Positions 49,440 to 59,340 of a stretch of 64,000 bases of DNA are shown in pieces. A model generated the notes under the pieces. It was not told the origin of the DNA, ran no database searches, and saw nothing but the letters and a program-made list of their open reading frames with translations. This stretch comes from Puniceicoccaceae bacterium (GTDB lineage: Bacteria > Verrucomicrobiota > Verrucomicrobiia > Opitutales > JAFGAQ01): the NCBI GenBank assembly GCA_040224245.1, contig JBEGIR010000018.1:6378-70377 (forward strand), written 5' to 3'. The position numbers were made by a program, and so were the translations under genes. How positions within the stretch are numbered: position 1 is the first letter of the stretch; every line of letters begins with the position of its first letter.

Positions 49440-50855
49440 ATGAAATCAACACACCCAACTATCATCCAGGGAGGCATGGGCATCCATGTGTCCTCCTGGA
49501 AACTCGCGAGGGCCGTCGCTGAAACCGGTCAAATGGGCGTTGTCTCAGGGACCGCCATCGACACGATTGTCAGCCGCGTGCTGCAGCTTGGGGACACTGG
49601 AGGACATGTTCGCCGCGCCCTCGATCACTTCCCGTTCCGGGACATGGCGGAGCGAGTTAAGGATCGATTTTTCATTGCCGATGGGAAAGCCGAACACAAG
49701 CCCTTCAAGGGCATCGGCATGCCTCATCTGACCATGACCCGCGCGAGAGAAGAACTCTTGATCGTCGCCAACTATGTTGAGGTTTTTCTCGCACGCGAGG
49801 GACACCACGGAAAAATTGGGATCAACTATCTCGAAAAAATACAGATTCCTACCCTGCCCTCTCTTTTTGGGGCAATGTTGGCAGGCGTGCATGTGGTTTT
49901 GATGGGAGCAGGAATTCCAACCGCAATTCCGGGCGTTCTTGACGGATTGGCAGAAGGAAAAGCTGTCAGTCTCAAGATCTATGTCGAAGACAATCCGTCC
50001 AAGGATGAATATTTCGCCCACTTTGACCCTCAGGACTACATTGAAGGGGAGATGCCAGCCATTCAGCGCCCGGAGTTCTATGCCATCGTTTCGAGCGACA
50101 TTGTGGCCAAAACCATGGAACGCAAAGCCTCCGGTTATGTTGATGGATACGTCGTCGAAAACTACTTTGCTGGTGGCCACAACGCTCCCCCGCGCAGAGA
50201 CCGAACGCAGCCAGATGCCGCACCTGCCTACGGAGACAAGGATATGCCCGATCTCGAAAAAATTCGCCAGATCGGGAAGCCCTTCTGGCTGGCCGGACAG
50301 TTCACGACTCCTGAGAAATTGAAAGAAGCCTTGGCCGAAGGTGCCCAGGGAGTTCAAGTAGGAACTCCCTTTGCCTACTGTGATGAATCCGGCATGGACC
50401 GGGACATCAAGGACGAGGTCATTCGCCAGTCCGTTGCAGGGACCTTGCAAATCGATACCAACTTCACCGCATCACCAACTGGCTATCCATTCAAGATCGT
50501 CAGGCTCGCAGGAGAGCGATACACCTTTGAAGCACTTGAAACTCGCACACGCGTCTGCGACATGGGGTACCTTCGCACCGCCTATGTGAACCCCGAAGGA
50601 AACATCGGTTGGCGATGCCCTGCAGAACCCATTAAGGACTTCGTGAAAAAAGGTGGAACGGAAGCCGATGCTGCCGGACGAGCCTGTCTTTGCAACGGAC
50701 TGGCATCCACAGTGGGATTCGGCCAACAGCGAAAGGATGGTGTGGAAATCCCGATTCTGACTTCGGGAGATGAAGTGCTGCACCTTGGCAATTTTGTGAA
50801 GCCGAACCAAACCCGATACACCGCAGCAGACGTGGTCAATTTTCTACTCAGCTGA
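49440..50855 (+). CDS. Nitronate monooxygenase / FabK-like FMN oxidoreductase family protein (long ~470-aa form)
   Basis: IIQGGMGIHVSSWKLARAVAETGQMGVVSG and AGGHNAPP. Re-called from ATG 49440; the track's N-terminal extension has no similarity to the family. Confidence 0.78.
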   Translation: MKSTHPTIIQGGMGIHVSSWKLARAVAETGQMGVVSGTAIDTIVSRVLQLGDTGGHVRRALDHFPFRDMAERVKDRFFIADGKAEHKPFKGIGMPHLTMTRAREELLIVANYVEVFLAREGHHGKIGINYLEKIQIPTLPSLFGAMLAGVHVVLMGAGIPTAIPGVLDGLAEGKAVSLKIYVEDNPSKDEYFAHFDPQDYIEGEMPAIQRPEFYAIVSSDIVAKTMERKASGYVDGYVVENYFAGGHNAPPRRDRTQPDAAPAYGDKDMPDLEKIRQIGKPFWLAGQFTTPEKLKEALAEGAQGVQVGTPFAYCDESGMDRDIKDEVIRQSVAGTLQIDTNFTASPTGYPFKIVRLAGERYTFEALETRTRVCDMGYLRTAYVNPEGNIGWRCPAEPIKDFVKKGGTEADAAGRACLCNGLASTVGFGQQRKDGVEIPILTSGDEVLHLGNFVKPNQTRYTAADVVNFLLS

Positions 50856-51566
50856 TCCCGTCCCCTGTGGGCCTGTTTCCTTGATCCGATCCCAGTTGTC
50901 CAACGCTTTCGCCAGCGGGCAACCCCCAACACCTGCTGGTTCACCCTTCCGGTAGTGCTGAAGCAGTTGCCGCGAAGAGCGTGCCAGTTGCTGGCGAATT
51001 TCCCGACGCCGTCCCTTCACATGCGGCACATGCATGTGATCATAGTCAGTGGTGTGGTGGCGCAACCACGCCAGTGTCGCCGCCTCGGCACGCTTTTCGA
51101 TCGAAATCCGACGGGTTCGGGCGACAGTACCGCTCCCAACGGGAACAGCGTGTTCGCTGATCGCACGGGACAAACGATCCGCCAGGTCGGCATGTTCGCT
51201 TGCAAAACCGAGGAAATCACGCACTGCGGATTCAAAATCCTGCGCGTAGCGTTGCTGAGTCCGTTCTCGACGGCGCCGCGAGGCAAGCAGGCGTTCCTGA
51301 TAGGCATCACCCTGCCGTGCTGCACGGACCTCGCTCCGCAGTCGATCCAGTGACCCGGCATCCGCCCAGAGTCCCAGGCTTTCAAACCTGCCCTTGCGCC
51401 ACCGCTTCATGGACCAGCAGGGCAATGTCGCCTTCGCACGACGCGTCAACATCGCATCCCCGGGTTCCAACAACACCCAGCCTTCGGGAACGGCCATCAC
51501 CTTTCCTTCCGGACTCAGGACGTGTCCGGGTTTTGGACAGGGACGAACTTCAAGACTCACAGGCAT
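50844..51566 (-). CDS. DUF2293-domain protein
   Basis: The C-terminal half (AATLAWLRHHTTDYDHMHVPHVKGRRREIRQQL) resembles DUF2293 as I recall it. The 3' end overlaps the convergent upstream gene by 12 nt. Confidence 0.6.
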   Translation of the reverse strand: MPVSLEVRPCPKPGHVLSPEGKVMAVPEGWVLLEPGDAMLTRRAKATLPCWSMKRWRKGRFESLGLWADAGSLDRLRSEVRAARQGDAYQERLLASRRRRERTQQRYAQDFESAVRDFLGFASEHADLADRLSRAISEHAVPVGSGTVARTRRISIEKRAEAATLAWLRHHTTDYDHMHVPHVKGRRREIRQQLARSSRQLLQHYRKGEPAGVGGCPLAKALDNWDRIKETGPQGTGSAE

Positions 51567-51836
51567 CTGTCCAAACTACGAATGGAGCGTCTCCTGCCAA
51601 TGCGAATGTGAATGTCCTACCGTGATCTGCATTTGCCCAAAGCAACGTCAGGCCGAATGCGCATCTGAAAACTAGCACGAAGAATTTCCTTGCGAACCCG
51701 ATCCGGATCTGTCCTGCTCTGCAAGCTTTGGCATTGCGGAACGTCCGCCAAAGGCCCCTGAACGTATACAGCGATGGTGTAGGTTTTGGAAAAAACTCCA
51801 TCGCTTAGGCCGTGAATTGACGGCTGTATACTGATC

Positions 51837-53141
51837 ATGATTGAAGCATTCCACGAACTGGACCTGCACCCGCAGATCCAAGAAAACCTGCGCAACAAGG
51901 GCTACACGACTCCGTCACCCATTCAGGCAAACGCCATCCCCCACATTCTGGAGGGGAAAGACCTGCTGGGTTGCGCACAGACTGGCACCGGAAAAACTGC
52001 GGCTTTTGCCATTCCGCTTTTGCATCGTCTCGCCGCGAAACCTGTTCGCCGCACACCTTACTCGACCCGAGTGCTGGTTCTGACGCCAACACGAGAGCTT
52101 GCTGCACAAATCGCAGACAACTTTGAAATCTACGGAAAGGGACTCCATCTCACCGTGACTCAGGTCTTTGGCGGAGTTGGCTTTGGTGCCCAGAAGATTG
52201 CGATGAAGAAAGGCACCGACATCCTGGTTGCCTGCCCGGGTCGCCTGCTCGACCTGCGTCAACAGGGATTTTACCAGGCCGACGCCATCGAATACCTCGT
52301 GCTTGATGAGGCTGACCGCATGCTCGACATGGGGTTTGCCAAAGAGGTGCAGCGCATCGTTGCCGACATTCCGAATCGCCGACAAACTGTTCTTTTCTCA
52401 GCCACAATGCCCAACTCCATCATGGCCTTGGCTTCTTCTCTGATGAAGCAACCTGTCGAGGTCAAAGTCGATCCGGTTTCTTCAACCGCAGAAAAGGTCG
52501 AACAGGATATTTGTTTTGTTCGCAAGAGGGAAAAGCGCAACCTGCTCAAGGTGCTGCTCCAGGGACAAAAGCAGCAGCCGGATTCACTTTGCCTGGTCTT
52601 TTCAAGGACCAAACACGGAGCCAATAAACTGGTCGGTGAACTCGACAAGGCCGGAGTAAGGGCCAACGCCATTCATGGAAACAAATCACAGGGAGCACGG
52701 CAACGCGCACTGGATGAGTTTAAAAGTGGTCGTACCCGGGTACTGGTAGCCACGGATGTCGCCGCTCGTGGCATTGATGTGAAAAATGTTACGCTGGTGG
52801 TGAACTTCGACATGCCAGTCGAACCCGAGGCATACGTGCACCGTATCGGACGCACTGCCCGGGCTGGAAAGAGCGGTCGCGCCCTTTCCTTCTGTTGCGA
52901 AGAGGAGTTCAAGGAACTTTCCCAAATTGAACGCCTGATCCAGCAATCCATTCGCATCGATGACGAACAGCCCTATCACGACGAATCCCTTGTCCAGGAG
53001 TATCAGTCGGGACGAGCAGGCAAGCATCGCGGACAGACCGCTGCTTCCGGGAATCGGGCGAAGCGAAATGGAAGGCAACCTTCCTCACGAGGACGCTCCC
53101 CACAACGCCGATTTCAACGTGGAGGCTACCGCACGGCGTAA
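51837..53141 (+). CDS. rhlE: DEAD-box ATP-dependent RNA helicase (RhlE-like)
   Basis: FHELDL...[30 protein letters not shown] and HRIGRTARAGKSG, with a basic C-terminal tail. Confidence 0.9.
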   Translation: MIEAFHELDLHPQIQENLRNKGYTTPSPIQANAIPHILEGKDLLGCAQTGTGKTAAFAIPLLHRLAAKPVRRTPYSTRVLVLTPTRELAAQIADNFEIYGKGLHLTVTQVFGGVGFGAQKIAMKKGTDILVACPGRLLDLRQQGFYQADAIEYLVLDEADRMLDMGFAKEVQRIVADIPNRRQTVLFSATMPNSIMALASSLMKQPVEVKVDPVSSTAEKVEQDICFVRKREKRNLLKVLLQGQKQQPDSLCLVFSRTKHGANKLVGELDKAGVRANAIHGNKSQGARQRALDEFKSGRTRVLVATDVAARGIDVKNVTLVVNFDMPVEPEAYVHRIGRTARAGKSGRALSFCCEEEFKELSQIERLIQQSIRIDDEQPYHDESLVQEYQSGRAGKHRGQTAASGNRAKRNGRQPSSRGRSPQRRFQRGGYRTA

Positions 53142-53339
53142 GCCCGACAAAACCTCCCTTTTCAAACAGCATTCCGACAACCAAATTGCATCGGACTGTG
53201 CACGAAATATCGGTTGCAAAGCTGATCGGGATTTGCTTGACTCACGCGCTTCCGGATGAGCAGGGCCGTGCCTTGCTGCTCCCCCATCCGGCGAGATTGG
53301 TCTATAATCTAAACACACTACACATTAGTTCTGTTACCT

Positions 53340-53855
53340 ATGAAAAAAACGATCCTGTTCATCGCATTGTTCGCATCTGCGACACTCGCCCAAGCATCGC
53401 TCTATGTCGGCGGTTCAGTCGGGTATCTTTCGGATGCGAAGGAACCCCTGTTTTCTGCCAGAGTGGGCTACCAAATTGGAGAATACGCAGGCATCCGTCA
53501 CTCCATCGAGGGGGAAATTGGAGTGAGTTCCGCAGACTTTGGAATCTACGAAGTCGACATGCTGCCCCGCATGATCAATTACCGCGGTGAAATCGATATC
53601 GACGACACCTTCTTTGCCTATGCGGGAGCAGGTCTAGGCAGTGTAAAGATCGAAGTTGAATTTGCAGGTTTTGAGGGTGATGGAGATGGATTTGCCTGGC
53701 AGGTATTCGGAGGACTTGGAATGCGACTCACTGAACAGTTGAGCGCGATTGGCGGATTGCGCTTCATCGATGCAAGTGACATCAAAATCCGTGGAGAAAC
53801 CGTTGGGGCCGACAACGACCTCGAGTTTGGAGTTGGCATGCAGTTTGTATTCTGA
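53340..53855 (+). CDS. Small outer-membrane beta-barrel protein
   Basis: Signal peptide (MKKTILFIALFASATLAQA), alternating beta-strand pattern, and a C-terminal ...GVGMQFVF ending in Phe. Confidence 0.7.
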   Translation: MKKTILFIALFASATLAQASLYVGGSVGYLSDAKEPLFSARVGYQIGEYAGIRHSIEGEIGVSSADFGIYEVDMLPRMINYRGEIDIDDTFFAYAGAGLGSVKIEVEFAGFEGDGDGFAWQVFGGLGMRLTEQLSAIGGLRFIDASDIKIRGETVGADNDLEFGVGMQFVF

Positions 53856-53880
53856 TCCTGCTCCCTCATCATGTTCTATT

Positions 53881-53921
53881 GCAGCAACGTTGCGTTTCTC
53901 GCGACGTTGCTGCTTTTTTTT
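53881..53921 (+). terminator. Strong intrinsic terminator after the OMP gene
   Basis: GCAGCAACGTTGCG, loop TTTCT, CGCGACGTTGCTGC (14 bp including one G-U), then T8. Confidence 0.8.
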
Positions 53922-53941
53922 ACAGTAGTGGTAGTATTGTA

Positions 53942-54667
53942 TCAGCAGCCAGCCACGTAAACACTCCCCCTTGAAATTCCTCCCGTAACCGGATTTTCAA
54001 ACTCAATACAATGGGCCTCCACCGTCTGGAATACTGCACCAAGCCGGGCCGTGAATGCTTCGTCAGTCTCTCCATCTGCCCATAGTCCGAACACACCTCC
54101 GGGCAGGATGTGTTTGCGCATCGCAGTCAGCCCCTGTTCGCTGTAAAATGATGCATTGCATGGGTGCAACCAATGACGGGGTGAATGGTCGATATCCAGC
54201 AATACCGCGTGCACACGACGTGAAGGTTCTCCAGGGAACCACTCGACGTTCGGATCAAGCACGCATGCAAAAAAATCAGCCTGTCGCAGATTGCACCTGG
54301 GATCACCACACAACTGTTCACCCAGAGGAACCCAAGCACGCTGGTGCCACGCAATCACGGGTTCAAGCATTTCGATTACAACCAAGCGATCCACCCTACC
54401 ACTTTCAAGTGCTGCAGCTGCGGTATACCCCAACCCGAGTCCTCCCACAACAACGTCCAGCTTGCCCAAAGATTCTGAAACCTTCGACAGTGACAATTCG
54501 GCCAATTGGGTCTCCGCCTCATGAAACAAACTCGACATCAGAAAGTGCTCGCCCAACTTGACCTCGTAGATGTCAATCCCCGGCAACTGTGGCGACTGTC
54601 GCCAGCGCAACATCAAATCACCAAGTGGTGTCGGAACATAATCAAGCCCTCGATACAAGATTGCCAT
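53942..54667 (-). CDS. Spermidine-synthase-like class I methyltransferase-fold protein
   Basis: VVVGGLGLGYTAAAAL (GxGxG), VVIEMLEPVI and LLDIDHSP resemble polyamine aminopropyltransferase-family proteins. The substrate is unknown. Confidence 0.6.
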   Translation of the reverse strand: MAILYRGLDYVPTPLGDLMLRWRQSPQLPGIDIYEVKLGEHFLMSSLFHEAETQLAELSLSKVSESLGKLDVVVGGLGLGYTAAAALESGRVDRLVVIEMLEPVIAWHQRAWVPLGEQLCGDPRCNLRQADFFACVLDPNVEWFPGEPSRRVHAVLLDIDHSPRHWLHPCNASFYSEQGLTAMRKHILPGGVFGLWADGETDEAFTARLGAVFQTVEAHCIEFENPVTGGISRGSVYVAGC

Positions 54668-54685
54668 TTCGCTGAATACTGGATG

Positions 54686-54725
54686 AAAAAAGGGGCTGCG
54701 TGCGCAACTTCGCCTTCGCAGCCCC
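54686..54725 (-). terminator. Intrinsic terminator after hflC
   Basis: On the minus strand: GGGGCTGCG, a 16-nt loop, CGCAGCCCC, then TTTTTT. Confidence 0.75.
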
Positions 54726-54756
54726 CAAAGGATCGGTGGAGATATTGAAATAGCCC

Positions 54757-55722
54757 TCAGGGCTGTTTCAAACCCTTGAGAAACCGGAAGAGATCACTGT
54801 CCGTCGAAAGAATGATCATGGTATCCTTCGAAAGCGTTGCCTCCAAGGTTTCCATACTCTTGATGAACTCGTAATACGCTTCCACATCCTCACCACTTCC
54901 ATACGCTTGTGCATAGATGGCAGAGGCCTCCGCATCTGCAGCACCCATGATTTCCTGAACTTGTCGGTAGGCTTCGGACTGAATGTTGCGCAACTCACGG
55001 TCACGCTGTCCAAGAATACGGGCGGCTTCACCTTCACCTTCACTTCGAAAGCGGGCTGCGATTTGTTCGCGTTCACTGATCATGCGCTGAAAAATCTGTC
55101 GCTGAACGTTTTCATTGTAATTCAATCGCTTGATGCGCAGATCCAATAGCTCAATACCGAGACCTGTGAGCGTCGGCTGGGCACTTGCAACAATCATACG
55201 CTCGATCTGATCACGCCCCACAGAAATGTCTTCGAGTTTGCCGATCACGTCGGAATCCAACTGTTTCATCTGCTCATCCAGTCGCGCCTCCCGGTTTTCT
55301 GAACGAACGATTTCAAGCAAAACGTGGTTTGCGATCGCTTCACGCGCCGCACTGTCGAGCAGGTCATCCAATCGCGAAAGCGCGGTAGATTCGTTGCGCA
55401 AGCGCAAGAAGAACTGCTTCGGATCGGAAATTCTCCAGCGTGCATAAGAATCAATGCGGATGAACAACTTATCCTTGGTTGGTAATTCGCTGCTTTCTCC
55501 GTCCCAGGAAAGCACACGTCGATCCAGTTTATTCACTTTGTGGATGAACGGGGTGCGCCAATGCAGTCCCGCCTCGGTCACAGGTTCACCCTGAATTTCG
55601 CCGAACTGGGTGATGATCGCCTGTTCGGTTTCGTTCACGATGTACAGACTCTGCGAAAGCACGATGATGCCCAAAACGAGTACAACAACGGCAGCGATGA
55701 GGGTGTTTAAAAATCGGTTCAT
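54757..55722 (-). CDS. hflC: Protease modulator HflC (SPFH/band-7)
   Basis: N-terminal TM helix, then YIVNETEQAIITQFGE... SPFH domain. Lies downstream of hflK. Confidence 0.88.
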   Translation of the reverse strand: MNRFLNTLIAAVVVLVLGIIVLSQSLYIVNETEQAIITQFGEIQGEPVTEAGLHWRTPFIHKVNKLDRRVLSWDGESSELPTKDKLFIRIDSYARWRISDPKQFFLRLRNESTALSRLDDLLDSAAREAIANHVLLEIVRSENREARLDEQMKQLDSDVIGKLEDISVGRDQIERMIVASAQPTLTGLGIELLDLRIKRLNYNENVQRQIFQRMISEREQIAARFRSEGEGEAARILGQRDRELRNIQSEAYRQVQEIMGAADAEASAIYAQAYGSGEDVEAYYEFIKSMETLEATLSKDTMIILSTDSDLFRFLKGLKQP

Positions 55723-55741
55723 ATCAAATAGGGGTCAAGAT

Positions 55742-56713
55742 TCAGGGATTGTTTTCTCCAAGCTGGAGCAAGGGCAGGACCGATTGGGCCTCCTGGTCCA
55801 CGATAATCTTTCGACCCATCTCGGGGAGCAAGCGCTGCATGGTTTCGAGATACATTCGTCGCTGCGTAACATCCGGTGCTTTGAGATACTCTTCGAGCAT
55901 GGCGTTAAAGCGGTTGACGTCTCCCTTGCTTCGGTTCACTCGCTCAGTAGCGTAACCTCGCGCTTCTTCAATCTGCTGCTCCGCCTGCCCCCGTGCGCGC
56001 GGAACTGCCTGGTTGTACTGGGACTTCGCCTCGTTGATGAGACGCTCCCGCTGCTGCTGCGATTCATTGACCGCGTTGAACGATGGGGCAACCTGGGCAG
56101 GAGGACTGACGCTTTGAAGCACAACCTGATCAATGCTGATTCCCATACCATACTCATCCATGAGCATCTGCAAACGTTCCTGGGCACGCGCCTGCATGCT
56201 CTGGCGACCTACGGTGATGATTTCATCGACTGTGCGGTCTCCCACAACCTGTCGCATGACCGACTCGGACGCATCGCGCATGGTAGTCACCGGTTGACGA
56301 ACGTTGAACAGAAATGCCTTGGGATCCTCGATTCGATACTGCACACTCCATTCGACTTCCGCAGCATTGAGATCACCCGTCACCATCAGGGATTCGGCAA
56401 GGTAACTCTGTGAATCATAGCGGGTAGGTCCACTCTGCTGCACATTTCGGGTGCGATAGCCAAACTCCTCCCGATGCTGTCTTCGAGTCGCAATGGGATA
56501 GGCCCTGTCGATTCCAAACGGGATTTTGAAATGCAGACCCGGATCCGCAATGGTGTGAAATTTCCCAAATCGCAACACGACCGCCTGCTCTTCCGACTGC
56601 ACGGTGTAAAAGGAAGAGTATACCCCATACACCAGTGCCAGCCCCAGCACAATGGATGCTACCCGTGTGATCTGGGCCTTGGGGTTGATTGGTATGACAA
56701 TTTCTTTAGACAT
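55742..56713 (-). CDS. hflK: Protease modulator HflK (SPFH/band-7)
   Basis: TM helix, then FYTVQSEEQAVVLRFGKF... SPFH domain. Re-called from ATG 56713. Confidence 0.86.
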   Translation of the reverse strand: MSKEIVIPINPKAQITRVASIVLGLALVYGVYSSFYTVQSEEQAVVLRFGKFHTIADPGLHFKIPFGIDRAYPIATRRQHREEFGYRTRNVQQSGPTRYDSQSYLAESLMVTGDLNAAEVEWSVQYRIEDPKAFLFNVRQPVTTMRDASESVMRQVVGDRTVDEIITVGRQSMQARAQERLQMLMDEYGMGISIDQVVLQSVSPPAQVAPSFNAVNESQQQRERLINEAKSQYNQAVPRARGQAEQQIEEARGYATERVNRSKGDVNRFNAMLEEYLKAPDVTQRRMYLETMQRLLPEMGRKIIVDQEAQSVLPLLQLGENNP

Positions 56714-56845
56714 GATAATCAGACTGAGGGTTATAACGCATGGCCCTACGCTAAACTGGACCTCAACGATTGCAATCGATATCGAAACAATCGAACTCGT
56801 CACTTGAAACGAAGCGCATTTTCACCCAGTTCCGAAATACTGCTT

Positions 56846-58324
56846 TTATTGCGACAACGTGGGCGATCCCGTCGTTGTATCCCGGGTGGCAGCATTGTCA
56901 AAGACCAGTCCGGTTTCGTTGATCACACATTGCTCCTGATAATCATCATAATCGGTATTTACGGACCAAAGGTCATGCTTTCGATAGCCGAGATCAATGT
57001 TCTCAGCAGCAAGCAAACCCATCAGGATGCTATGATCCTGATTGTTGTATTTGAAGGAACCGTATCGACCGATCGGAGTCAGATTTGTGATGGGTTCCAG
57101 ATGACGAATGACTGTCTCAACATGCGCGGAATATCCGATCTCGTATATCGGATAGCATCGGGGAATGGGAATTACTTTTCCATCCAGCACATCAGCACCT
57201 TCGATCAGTCCCGTCTTGCGCAAATCCTGCTCCGCACGCCGGATCAGCATGGCAGGAGACTCAGACCACATCGCATCGTCATCATTGCACCAGTATTCCA
57301 GCGCAAGAATGGTACCGCTCTCATCACCATAAAGTCCGGGAACCCAGTTTCGAAAGTTGGTAATCCTTCCAAACCCAATACCTTCCGAATGGCAATAGAG
57401 CCACTGATCTGCAAACAGATCCTCACGATTAACTTTGAGATAAACCAGAATGGTATTGCGGTACCGCAACGCATCCAGAGCAGCCTTGAGATCTTCTGAC
57501 AATTGCGTGAACAGTGAACGAACCATGAGCGTCAATGGCATCGTGGAAATGACCTCGTCTGCCGGAATGAAGGTGCCATTCTGCAACTCCACTCCCGATA
57601 CCCGATCACCCTTGAGACACACCTTTGCAACCGGGCATTCCAGTTCGACTCGTCCCCCAGCGGCACGGACTGCCGTCGCCATGCGCTCATAGACCATTCC
57701 CGAACCTTCAATCGGATACGCAAAGCAATCCACCAACGTCTTGTGTTTGGTCTTGGACCATCCGAATGCGCTTTTGATGGCCTCTCCCATGGAAAACTTC
57801 TTGATGCGCTGTGCCGCAAAATCCTTATCCAGCTTCGTACAAGGGATTCCCCACAACTTCTCACTGTAGGTTTTGAAGAACATTTCGTAGAGCTTGCGTC
57901 CAAAGCGGGCGATCACCCAATCTTCAAAGGTCTGCTGTGATGAGTCGGTTTTGCGAAGCCAGGTTGCCATGTAACTCAAGACACACTGCAATGCTTTGAA
58001 GGGTCCCATCGTCAATAACGCATTTACGGGCTTGAGTGGATAATGATAAAACGCCCCATTGTGGTAAATTCGGGTCAGGCGATTTACCATCGCATAATCG
58101 CGCCCAAGCACCTCTAGCCAGACTGCATTGATGCGGGGATCCTTGCTGAAAAAACGATGAGGCCCCAAATCCACCTTCTGGTTCCAAAGTTCAACGGTTC
58201 GGGAAAGCCCTCCCACCTGGGAGGATGATTCCAGCACGCACACTTGATGACCACGTTTGGCAAGTTCGTACGCAGCTGTAATACCGGCGGGACCCGCTCC
58301 AATGATAACGACATTTTTGGACAT
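56846..58324 (-). CDS. NAD(P)/FAD-dependent oxidoreductase, UDP-galactopyranose-mutase-like
   Basis: Dinucleotide fold VVIIGAGPAGITAAYELAKRGHQVCVLE, plus FYHYPL and TYSEKLWG motifs as in the UGM-like family. Re-called from ATG 58324. Confidence 0.8.
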   Translation of the reverse strand: MSKNVVIIGAGPAGITAAYELAKRGHQVCVLESSSQVGGLSRTVELWNQKVDLGPHRFFSKDPRINAVWLEVLGRDYAMVNRLTRIYHNGAFYHYPLKPVNALLTMGPFKALQCVLSYMATWLRKTDSSQQTFEDWVIARFGRKLYEMFFKTYSEKLWGIPCTKLDKDFAAQRIKKFSMGEAIKSAFGWSKTKHKTLVDCFAYPIEGSGMVYERMATAVRAAGGRVELECPVAKVCLKGDRVSGVELQNGTFIPADEVISTMPLTLMVRSLFTQLSEDLKAALDALRYRNTILVYLKVNREDLFADQWLYCHSEGIGFGRITNFRNWVPGLYGDESGTILALEYWCNDDDAMWSESPAMLIRRAEQDLRKTGLIEGADVLDGKVIPIPRCYPIYEIGYSAHVETVIRHLEPITNLTPIGRYGSFKYNNQDHSILMGLLAAENIDLGYRKHDLWSVNTDYDDYQEQCVINETGLVFDNAATRDTTTGSPTLSQ

Positions 58325-58593
58325 GAGAATAGGAGATAGATACGCCCGCAAAACAGTTTGACTTCTGAATGATGGTGGGGACGCGTGGCAGTGAAATCCG
58401 TAAAATCACTTATGCTTCTGAATTGCCGATGCATTGGCAACTCCAAAGCGGTATTGGCATCCCTCCGATTGGTCTCTCCAGCAATGGCGCTCCCTCTCGC
58501 TTTGGAATCGACCCAAGCGACTATTGCGTTGACCGAAATTCAGCAAATGCACAGCTTTAAGACGATGGGCCAACGCCCGCATCGTCGTTTGTC

Positions 58594-59340
58594 ATGTCAA
58601 ATCTTGCATTAGAATCACCCTTCGAAATCGCTCCTGATGTCGCATCCTCCAGCGACGACTACGCAACCCGCTTCAATGGATCTGTGGGGCAGTGGTTTCT
58701 GAAAATTCAAAATCAAGGCACCCAACACCACCTCAAGACAGCCCAACCGTGCAGGGTCATCGACGTTGGAGGGGGGCATGGTCAATCCATCGAATTGTTG
58801 CTCGAACTCGGACATCAGGTCACGGTCACCGGAAGTCATTCATCCTGTTCCAGTCGACTCGAATCCTATCTCGCTTCAAATCGCATTCGATTTGAGATTT
58901 GCCCCCTTACTCAATTGCCATTTGCTGATGCCTCGCATGAGATTGTGATCAGTTACCGCATGTTGACACACCTTGAGGACTGGAAAGGGTTCATTGCCGA
59001 ACTAACCCGTGTATCCAGTCACCGCGTGATTGTCGACTACCCTACACAACGCAGCTTCAACTGTTTGAACGACTGGCTGTTCAGTTGGAAAAAAGGAGTC
59101 GAACGCAATACACGACGCTATCATGTCTTCCGGGAGCAGGAAGTGATCGACGCATTCAAAGCAGAGGGCTTCCGTCTGCGCTCTCGCTACGCCCAGTTTG
59201 TGTTTCCCATGGCACTGCATCGCGCACATAAAATGAAATTCCTCGCTGAAGGGATTGAGGGCTTGTGCCGTCTGCTCGGACTGAGCCATCTTTTTGCGTC
59301 TCCCGTTATCAGTTGTTTCGAAAAATCACCCGTGCAATGA
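58594..59340 (+). CDS. Class I SAM-dependent methyltransferase
   Basis: SAM motif I VIDVGGGHGQ. 248 aa. Confidence 0.8.
   Translation: MSNLALESPFEIAPDVASSSDDYATRFNGSVGQWFLKIQNQGTQHHLKTAQPCRVIDVGGGHGQSIELLLELGHQVTVTGSHSSCSSRLESYLASNRIRFEICPLTQLPFADASHEIVISYRMLTHLEDWKGFIAELTRVSSHRVIVDYPTQRSFNCLNDWLFSWKKGVERNTRRYHVFREQEVIDAFKAEGFRLRSRYAQFVFPMALHRAHKMKFLAEGIEGLCRLLGLSHLFASPVISCFEKSPVQ

Noticed and set aside
58435-58450. TGGCAACTCCAAAGC, with correct GG-to-GC spacing for a sigma54 promoter, upstream of the methyltransferase.
   Set aside because: The -12 element reads AAAGC rather than TTGC[AT], so only the dinucleotides match. This is too weak to call.
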